A stretch of 64,000 nucleotides of DNA, from assembly GCA_040006915.1 (NCBI GenBank), contig JBDTWD010000005.1, positions 23,394-87,393 of the forward strand. Direction: 5' to 3'. The position numbers were made by a program, and so were the translations under genes. Under the pieces are notes generated by a model, which had not been told where the DNA came from, did not search any database, and was given only the letters and a program-made list of their open reading frames with translations. How positions within the stretch are numbered: position 1 is the stretch's first letter; every line of letters begins with the position of its first letter. This DNA comes from Candidatus Woesebacteria bacterium. Its GTDB lineage: Bacteria; Patescibacteriota; Microgenomatia; UBA1400; UBA12028. Shown piece by piece: positions 57,662-64,000 of the stretch.

Positions 57662-58774
57662 ATGCTTACAACACAACAATTAAAAACACAGCTCGGTACT
57701 CTAGTCGGGTTTCAAACATTAACTGGGAATGTCAGTGAAAATGCCAAAGCTCTTGATTATGTCGAATCACTCCTCTCCCCTCAAGCCAAGGTTAAACGGA
57801 TTAAAAATAAAACAACAGAAATCCTCTTAGCGAGTACGAATGATTCGCTTACTCCTGAAATTGGATATATGGTTCACATGGATGTAGTTTCAGCCTCCCC
57901 CGCCCTCTTTTCTCTGAAAGAAAAGAACGGGAAGCTCTATGGTCGGGGTGTAAGTGATATGAAATTTTCCATCCCTTTGGGGGTTTCGATCCTAAATGAA
58001 CTGATCGAGACACACAGTCCAATCTCTTTTACACTTGCCATAACCACCGATGAAGAAGTCGGAGGATATGATGGGGGCGCGTATCTAGCAGAAACGATTG
58101 GGTGGAAACCAAAAGCCTTAATTGTCCCTGACGGAGGAGACAATATGCAGTTTGTGAACAAAGCCAAAGGAGTGTGCCAACTCATCGTGACTGCAAGTGG
58201 AAGATCCGCGCACGCATCCCGACCATGGGAAGGGAAAAATGCATTAGTTCCCATTGCCAAGCTCATAACAGAGCTTGAAAAACGGTATGGGGGAAATAAT
58301 CAGACCGAGGGTTGGAAAACTACTCTAAACTTTGGCAAGCTGATCGGAGGAATTTCTATCAATCAAGTATGTGATAAAGCAGTATTGAATATGGACTTTC
58401 GCTATCCGGAGACTGACTCAGTACAACGAATTACTGATGAAGTATCACAGCTCGTCAAAGCCATAGAGCCGACGATGAAGATCACTAAAGGTTTAACCGG
58501 ACTTCCAACATATACGGACGTTAATTTGCCCGTCGTGAAACGGTTCTTAAACTGTATTGGAGACAAAGTCGGAAAACCAATCATAGTAGCACCAACCTAT
58601 GGAGCGTCCGATGCCAGGCATTTTGCCAAAGATAATATTCCAGTATTGATGATCAAGCCAATGGGCGGTGATATTCATTGTGAGACTGAATGGCTGGATA
58701 TTCAATCGACATTGGATCTCTATCAAGGGTTGCGAACCTTCTTACAGTTATCCAAAGAAAAAGTGATGATATGA
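57662..58774 (+). CDS. M20-family metallopeptidase (ArgE/DapE/peptidase T-like)
   Basis: AAAGGAAA RBS. M20 metal-binding motifs HMDVV and TTDEEVGG, conserved Glu/His in the C-terminal half. Confidence 0.75.
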   Translation: MLTTQQLKTQLGTLVGFQTLTGNVSENAKALDYVESLLSPQAKVKRIKNKTTEILLASTNDSLTPEIGYMVHMDVVSASPALFSLKEKNGKLYGRGVSDMKFSIPLGVSILNELIETHSPISFTLAITTDEEVGGYDGGAYLAETIGWKPKALIVPDGGDNMQFVNKAKGVCQLIVTASGRSAHASRPWEGKNALVPIAKLITELEKRYGGNNQTEGWKTTLNFGKLIGGISINQVCDKAVLNMDFRYPETDSVQRITDEVSQLVKAIEPTMKITKGLTGLPTYTDVNLPVVKRFLNCIGDKVGKPIIVAPTYGASDARHFAKDNIPVLMIKPMGGDIHCETEWLDIQSTLDLYQGLRTFLQLSKEKVMI

Positions 58775-59880
58775 AATCACCAACCATAACGGCAGCCTCA
58801 CTTTTAGAGGTGGCATTACCCTTAAACAAACCATTCACGACTGGCTTCGGCACACTGTATGATCGAAACACCTTGTTGGTTAGGCTCGAGTCAGAGACGG
58901 GAAAAGTGGGATGGGGTGAAGCAGCCATACTTAAAGATCCCATTTACTTAGAAGAATGGCTCAATGGCAGCTACCAGTTCATCCAAGAATATCTTCTCCC
59001 AGTCGTTATGAAAGAGACGATAAGCTCTTTGGAGTTTTCGCAAAAGATTGCCGGACTGCGACGAAATAACATTTCAAAATTCGCTGTGGAAACGGCTCTA
59101 TGGTCTTTGGAAGCGAGCGAATCTCTAATTCCTGAATGGAAACTCCTGGGAGGAGAGCGAGCCAAAATCCAAACTGGTGCCAGTATCGGAATGCAGCCCA
59201 GTATTGAAAGAACACTGATAGAAGTAAAAGAAGCGCTGAACCAAGGATTAACGCGGATAAAATTGAAGATTGAACCTGGTTGGGATTTCGAACTTGTACG
59301 AGCCGTACGAGAGAAGTATCCGGATATCATGCTCATGGTCGACGCTAATTCTTCCTATACCCTAAAGGATATCGCAACGCTGCAGTCATTAGATGAGTTT
59401 AATCTCATCATGATGGAGCAACCGCTTGCATATGATGACATCATTGACCATGCAAAATTAGCGAAAGTACTCAAAACGCCGATTTGTTTGGACGAGAGTA
59501 TATGTTCATCCGAAGACGCGAGAAAAGCAATCGAGATTGGTGCATGTAAAATCATCAACGTAAAACCTGCCCGAGTAGGAAGTCTGTACGAAGTCCAACG
59601 TATAAATGAACTGGCGCGAGAAAATGGAATACAGCTTTGGTGTGGGGGAATGCTTGAATCAGACATAGGAAAGATTCCGAATCTCGCCTGTGCAAGTCTC
59701 TCGGAATTTTCTCTTCCTGCAGATATTTCTTCGTGGCAAACGTATTTTAGTAGTACCTGTACAGATTTAGATACATCCTATTCTCACGGAATTTTCACTT
59801 TAGATGATCAAACAGGACTTACCACGCATGTAGATGAGGAATGGATACGTCGATATACAGTGCGAAGAGTTGATCTGTAG
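58771..59880 (+). CDS. Enolase-superfamily enzyme, MLE/OSBS/dipeptide-epimerase subgroup
   Basis: KxK in IKLKIEP, metal ligands MVDANSSY / LDES / CGGMLESDIG. Capping N-terminal domain. The start ATGA overlaps the peptidase stop. Confidence 0.75.
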   Translation: MKSPTITAASLLEVALPLNKPFTTGFGTLYDRNTLLVRLESETGKVGWGEAAILKDPIYLEEWLNGSYQFIQEYLLPVVMKETISSLEFSQKIAGLRRNNISKFAVETALWSLEASESLIPEWKLLGGERAKIQTGASIGMQPSIERTLIEVKEALNQGLTRIKLKIEPGWDFELVRAVREKYPDIMLMVDANSSYTLKDIATLQSLDEFNLIMMEQPLAYDDIIDHAKLAKVLKTPICLDESICSSEDARKAIEIGACKIINVKPARVGSLYEVQRINELARENGIQLWCGGMLESDIGKIPNLACASLSEFSLPADISSWQTYFSSTCTDLDTSYSHGIFTLDDQTGLTTHVDEEWIRRYTVRRVDL

Positions 59881-59925
59881 ACGTAACAATTGCAAAATAA
59901 AGATTTGGCTGAAGTTCATGGGATG

Positions 59926-59996
59926 CTGCCGGACTTGGATTCGGACCAAGATAAACAGATTCAGAGTCTGTTGGCCTACCATTAGCCGATCCGGCA
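59926..59996 (-). tRNA. tRNA-Gln (anticodon CUG)
   Basis: Minus-strand fold: acceptor TGCCGGA/TCCGGCA (U1-A72), U8, D-arm GGCT-AATGGTA-GGCC, anticodon arm ACAGA-CTCTGAA-TCTGT (U33, CUG, A37), variable TTAT, T-arm CTTGG-TCCGAAT-CCAAG, discriminator G73. The T-loop has C55 instead of U. Confidence 0.65.
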
Positions 59997-60145
59997 AAGA
60001 TACCTGCCTATTTTACCAGAGTAGACCAAATCAAACAGTAGCCTCTTTAAGCCTCCCCTCAGTTCCACTGGTTACGATCCAAAAATAGAAAGGAGGTTTA
60101 GCCACAGAACAGTGGAACGCGTATTCAATGTAAGGAGGAAACAAT

Positions 60146-60640
60146 ATGGTAAGTAAAGCAAAAAGAATGATTTTTGTCTCGGCTCTAGCAATCTCGATTA
60201 TTGGAGCGGGAATGTATGGAACTCGAAGTGTATTTGCACAAGATTCAACCGTGCAATCAACCATTGTGCAAAAGATTGCACAGAAATTTAGCTTGAAGAC
60301 TGAGGAAGTACAAGCAGTCTTTGATCAAGAACGGGCTGATCGTGAGAAGGAAATGGAGGCAAAATATGAGCAAAGGCTCACAGATGCTGTCTCCAAAGGA
60401 GAGCTCACCGAAGAAAAAAAACAACTCATCCTCACCAAACACAAAGAACTTATCTCTAACCGAACAACCAACATGGAGAAATTCAAAGCCATGACCGCAC
60501 AGGAACGGAAAGCGGCAATGCAAAAAGCCAAGACTGATCTTGAAACTTGGGCAAAAGAGAACGGGATCGATGTAAAGTACCTGATGGGAAGAATGGGAAA
60601 TAGAGGTGGATTTGGAAAACACTTTGGAGGGAATAAATAA
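60146..60640 (+). CDS. Secreted hypothetical protein (signal peptide; Lys/Glu-rich helical)
   Basis: TAAGGAGG RBS. Signal peptide MVSKAKRMIFVSALAISIIGAGMYGTRSVFAQD. Confidence 0.5.
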   Translation: MVSKAKRMIFVSALAISIIGAGMYGTRSVFAQDSTVQSTIVQKIAQKFSLKTEEVQAVFDQERADREKEMEAKYEQRLTDAVSKGELTEEKKQLILTKHKELISNRTTNMEKFKAMTAQERKAAMQKAKTDLETWAKENGIDVKYLMGRMGNRGGFGKHFGGNK

Positions 60641-60666
60641 GACAATAACAGTCTTGTTTGTTTGGA

Positions 60667-60700
60667 GGCGCCCTTCTCACTTGAGGAGGGCGTTTTTTTT
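60667..60700 (+). terminator. Rho-independent terminator after the 60146-60640 gene
   Basis: GGAGGCGCCCTTCTCACTTGAGGAGGGCG hairpin followed by T9. Confidence 0.7.
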
Positions 60701-60752
60701 TGAGTTCGTGCTTGACAAAATTGTAAGAATTTCTTACGCTTGCTCCTAAACT

Positions 60753-63700
60753 ATGATTCAAATCACTCGTTCGTTTAAACACTTTTCTTTTTCTTTTATT
60801 CTCTCTCTCTTTCTTCTCCTTCCTCTCTTAGTCAATCCAGTTCATGTTCATGCCGTACAAACCACGTCGACTTATCAGATCTCTGCTTCAGCCAATGATG
60901 TCAATGAGGTTGGAACAACATATCAAGACACGACTACTCCAGGATGGATTGGCACAGGAGGATCAGCAACAGCTAGCTTCTTGGGATTACGATTTACGAA
61001 TGTCACCGTCCCTCAGAACGCCACAATTGTCTCGGCATACCTACAATTCTTCTCGACCCAATCACAGTGGTTAACGATTGGCTATGATTTAAATGCCGAG
61101 AACGCAGGAAACAGTGCTGCTTTTTCCACTGCCGCAAAGCCATCGGCACGCACGTTAACGACTCAAAAAGTTTCACACAATTCTGACGCGCAGTGGCTCG
61201 CCAACACTTGGTACTCTTCCGATGAACTGAATAGTATTGTCACTGCGGTCACCAGTCGAGCTGATTGGACTTCAGGAAATAGTATGAGTTTTGTTCTCAA
61301 AGGTACGGTTGGTACCTGGGGAAGAAAATTCTTGGCAAGCTACGATACCAGTAGTACAAACGCTCCTAAATTGGTGGTCATCTATGACAGTGCAGGAGGT
61401 ACTCCAACCCCTACCCCGACTGCCACTCCAATCCCTACACCTACTCCAACACCGACAGCAACCCCCGTTCCGACTCCAACTCCTACACCAGTGCCCACCC
61501 CTACACCGACACCAACTCCAGCAGGATTTCAAAACCAAAAAATCATTGTTGGTTTAACTCAACCGACCACTGTAAATTTCACCCCAGATGGTCGTATGTT
61601 AATTGCGGAACGTTTGGGTGCGATCAAAGTTGTGCCAGCCGGACAGACCGCGGTACTTTCTACCCCAGTTTTACAACTGACCAATATCAACATTGATCAA
61701 GGTGAACGAGGACTCGATGGAATGACCGTAGATCCTGACTTTGCCAACAATGGATACATTTATATTTTCTATACTGCCAATTCTCCGCTGCGTGATCGTG
61801 TATCCCGCTTTACCATGGTCGGGAATACCGCAAGCTTGGCAACCGAAACCGTCATTTGGGAGGATAACGTTGATGCGTTCTTTTGGCATCACGGAGGAAC
61901 TCCGGCGTTTGGACCAGATGGCAAACTGTATATCTCAATTGGAGATCATTTTGACCAAACAGCAGGAAGTGGACATGCAGCCCAACGATTAGATAGTTAC
62001 CATGGGAAAATTTTGCGCTTAAACAAAGACGGAAGTGTTCCTACAGACAATCCATTTTTTGATGGAGCCGGTCCAAACCTCGACGCCATCTGGGCAAGAG
62101 GACTGCGAAACCCTTTCCGTATCACTTTTGATTCCACTGCCGGAACAATGTATATCGGTGATGTCGGCGGAAATGATCCAGCTGCCTCCATTGAAGAATT
62201 AAACAAAGGAGTAGCGGGTGCAAACTATGGTTGGCCAATCTGCGAAGGAAGTTGTGCCACTTCAGGAATGACAAACCCCATCTTTAGTTACGGACACGGA
62301 AATCGTGACGCTTCGATTACGGCAGGATTCATTTACCGTGGTACACAGTTCCCGGCCTCATTCGTAGGAAACTTTTTCTACGCTGACTATGCACAAAACT
62401 GGATCAAGCGTTTGGTCTTAAATCCAGACGGATCAGTTGCCAGCAACAATAACTTTGATCCAGCCAATGGAGCCGCAGATACTGCCGAAGGCGATATCAC
62501 TGATGTGAAAGTTGGACCAGAAGGCTCGCTCTATTATGTCGACATCGCTTTGGATAACAATGGCGTGCAAACCGGACCAGGTTCTATCCACAAGATCAGC
62601 TACAACTCAGGGAATTTGCCACCGGTGGTTGCAACAACCTCGGCAACTCCAAACTTTGGAACTGCTCCACTAGCGGTCAATTTCTCGGTAACCGCTACTG
62701 ATCCCGATAACGATGTCCTCTCGTATTTATGGGATTTTGGAGATGGACAAACGGCAACCACAGCATCTGCCTCACATACTTATGCCACCAGCGGTGGATA
62801 TAGTGCCCGAGTCAAAGTTTCTGATCCGACACACGATACGTTCTCAAACCCAATCCAAATTAATGTTGGTGAACCACCAGTTGCGACCATTAGTTCACCG
62901 CTCAATAATGCCACCTTCGTCGGAAATGACGTCATCACCTATACGGGAGATGCCACTGATCCCAATGAAACACTCCAAGACAATCAATTTTCTTGGACGA
63001 TTCTCTTCCATCATGATACGCACGTTCACCCAGCCGCTGGACCTGTGAGTGGAAAAACCGGAACGTTTACTATTCCAACCACCGGACATGATTTTACCGG
63101 AAATGTTTGGTATGAATTAATTCTGACGGTCACTGATAGTACCGGTTTGACCGATACGAAATCGGTGTTTATTTATCCGCAGAAAGTGGCAATTAGTGTG
63201 CAAAGTAATCCTGCAGGAATTCCCTTAAGTTTGGATGTGACGACCTCATCGTCGCCAATCAATGTCAATACATTGATTAATTTCCAGCATAATCTGTCGG
63301 CTCCGACCCAATACGTGCTCGCAGGCAAAACCTATCAATTCACTTCTTGGTCTGATGGTGGAGCCGCAACGCATACCGCTACCATTCCCGCGACCGACAG
63401 AACCTATATTGCAAATTATCAGGAAGTCACCTCAACAGTCAGTGGAAAAGTATTTATTGATACCAATACCAACGGAATTTTAGATGCTGGTGAATCTGGA
63501 TACCAAGGAGCCACCGTCACATTGAGTGGGGCGGCCGGGACGCAAGTGTCGGATGCGACTGGATCATATACGTTTGCAAATCAATCCTTAGGAGCCAAAA
63601 CCGTCACGCTCACCGTTCCCAATGGATATGGATCAACGAGCACCAATCCAGTTTCTCTCACACTCAGCGCGTCACCTGCGACTGCTAATTTCGGAATTGT

Positions 63701-64000
63701 GGTTGCCAATACCCCGGTGACCAAAACCTTTCAAGTCAGTTCCAGTGGAGATGATGTCAATGAAGTAACTGCAGTATTAGATACCACTTCAACGACTGCT
63801 TGGCTTGGAACTGGTGGATCAGCGACTGCAAGCTATACAGGCTTTCGCTTTACCAATGTCACTATCCCGCCGAATGCGACCATCACCTCAGCAAAACTTG
63901 AAGTCTATTCTACTCAGTCCCAATGGATTTCCTTTGGATTCACCATGAAAGCTGATAACGTCGGCAATAGCGCGGTCTTTAGCACCAGTAGTAAGCCATC
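60753..64000 (+). CDS. Giant secreted multidomain surface protein (3'-truncated by the window): signal peptide, novel domain A, Thr/Pro linker, GSDH-type beta-propeller, PKD domain, Ig-like and SdrD-B/Cna-B-like domains, second copy of domain A
   Basis: Single open frame from the ATG at 60753 to the window end (more than 1080 codons). Signal peptide MIQITRSFKHFSFSFILSLFLLLPLLVNPVHVHA. TPTPTPT linker 61398-61522. GSDH motifs (RLNKDGSVPTDNPFF, NYGWP). PKD motif (WDFGDGQTAT...HTYATSGGY). Domain A at about 60885-61150 recurs at 63745 onward. Absent from the ORF track only because it has no stop in the window. Confidence 0.8.
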   Translation, partial: MIQITRSFKHFSFSFILSLFLLLPLLVNPVHVHAVQTTSTYQISASANDVNEVGTTYQDTTTPGWIGTGGSATASFLGLRFTNVTVPQNATIVSAYLQFFSTQSQWLTIGYDLNAENAGNSAAFSTAAKPSARTLTTQKVSHNSDAQWLANTWYSSDELNSIVTAVTSRADWTSGNSMSFVLKGTVGTWGRKFLASYDTSSTNAPKLVVIYDSAGGTPTPTPTATPIPTPTPTPTATPVPTPTPTPVPTPTPTPTPAGFQNQKIIVGLTQPTTVNFTPDGRMLIAERLGAIKVVPAGQTAVLSTPVLQLTNINIDQGERGLDGMTVDPDFANNGYIYIFYTANSPLRDRVSRFTMVGNTASLATETVIWEDNVDAFFWHHGGTPAFGPDGKLYISIGDHFDQTAGSGHAAQRLDSYHGKILRLNKDGSVPTDNPFFDGAGPNLDAIWARGLRNPFRITFDSTAGTMYIGDVGGNDPAASIEELNKGVAGANYGWPICEGSCATSGMTNPIFSYGHGNRDASITAGFIYRGTQFPASFVGNFFYADYAQNWIKRLVLNPDGSVASNNNFDPANGAADTAEGDITDVKVGPEGSLYYVDIALDNNGVQTGPGSIHKISYNSGNLPPVVATTSATPNFGTAPLAVNFSVTATDPDNDVLSYLWDFGDGQTATTASASHTYATSGGYSARVKVSDPTHDTFSNPIQINVGEPPVATISSPLNNATFVGNDVITYTGDATDPNETLQDNQFSWTILFHHDTHVHPAAGPVSGKTGTFTIPTTGHDFTGNVWYELILTVTDSTGLTDTKSVFIYPQKVAISVQSNPAGIPLSLDVTTSSSPINVNTLINFQHNLSAPTQYVLAGKTYQFTSWSDGGAATHTATIPATDRTYIANYQEVTSTVSGKVFIDTNTNGILDAGESGYQGATVTLSGAAGTQVSDATGSYTFANQSLGAKTVTLTVPNGYGSTSTNPVSLTLSASPATANFGIVVANTPVTKTFQVSSSGDDVNEVTAVLDTTSTTAWLGTGGSATASYTGFRFTNVTIPPNATITSAKLEVYSTQSQWISFGFTMKADNVGNSAVFSTSSKP

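Noticed and set aside
59881-60000. Multi-hairpin region first suspected to be a riboswitch or sRNA
   Set aside because: On the minus strand it resolves into a complete tRNA cloverleaf (tRNA-Gln CUG), which explains all the stems.
61398-61522. ACNCCNACNCC-type short periodic repeats that could superficially resemble a repeat array or CRISPR
   Set aside because: Period is 6 nt and in-frame (TPTPTP linker). There are no spacers and no repeat-spacer architecture. This is a coding low-complexity linker.
60844-63089. ORF-track entries 60844-61074, 61272-61538, 61291-61557, 61671-61892, 61741-61992, 61997-62206, 62713-63048, 62895-63089
   Set aside because: All overlap the single long open frame starting at 60753 that encodes a coherent signal-peptide, propeller, PKD multidomain protein. 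They are alternative-frame or antisense artefacts. The 61272-61557 pair is low-complexity reading of the Thr/Pro-linker codons.
1-64000. Search for mobile elements, CRISPR arrays, toxin-antitoxin or recognisable defence systems
   Set aside because: No transposase, integrase, recombinase, Cas, restriction-modification or TA-like ORFs. No direct-repeat arrays other than the intragenic 48-bp duplication and the coding TP-linker.

Overview
Dense bacterial chromosomal segment, about 42% GC, about 70 genes and almost all coding. There is no transposase, integrase, CRISPR array or obvious mobile element. Main content, in window order: (i) a co-directional operon of two sensor histidine kinases, two single-domain receiver proteins and the type IV pilus/T2SS ATPase pilB plus polytopic protein pilC (1-6632, minus strand); (ii) housekeeping and stress genes: greA, peptidase E-like, VOC, NUDIX, KGG, pspC-domain, cysS, hpf, recR; (iii) a fermentative energy module: PEP-synthase-like N-domain protein, eno, gpmI, ADP-forming acetyl-CoA synthetase, two-gene 2-oxoacid:ferredoxin oxidoreductase; (iv) a DNA-repair/SOS set: rmuC, lexA, uvrB, mutS, mutL, ydjM-like hydrolase; (v) miaA-miaB, a VIT iron transporter, a metal ABC importer, an ABC-F ATPase, malQ, and a cluster of NUDIX/GNAT/VOC/histidine-phosphatase/DHFR-like genes; (vi) a translationally coupled M20 peptidase and enolase-superfamily (epimerase/OSBS-like) pair preceded by what looks like a leader-peptide transcription attenuator; (vii) two RNA genes missing from the ORF track: a compact RNase P RNA (about 28676-28960, minus) and a tRNA-Gln(CUG) (59926-59996, minus); (viii) two PQQ-type sugar-dehydrogenase (GSDH) beta-propeller proteins, one of them inside a giant secreted multidomain protein (60753 to past the window end) that the ORF track does not show because it has no stop in the window. 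Calls rest on motifs read from the translations: Walker A, H-box/G-box, HIGH/KMSKS, GIY-YIG, the NUDIX box, and RNase P P4 covariation. Lineage is inference only: the fermentation-only gene set and the small RNase P RNA would fit a reduced or uncultivated (possibly CPR-like) bacterium.
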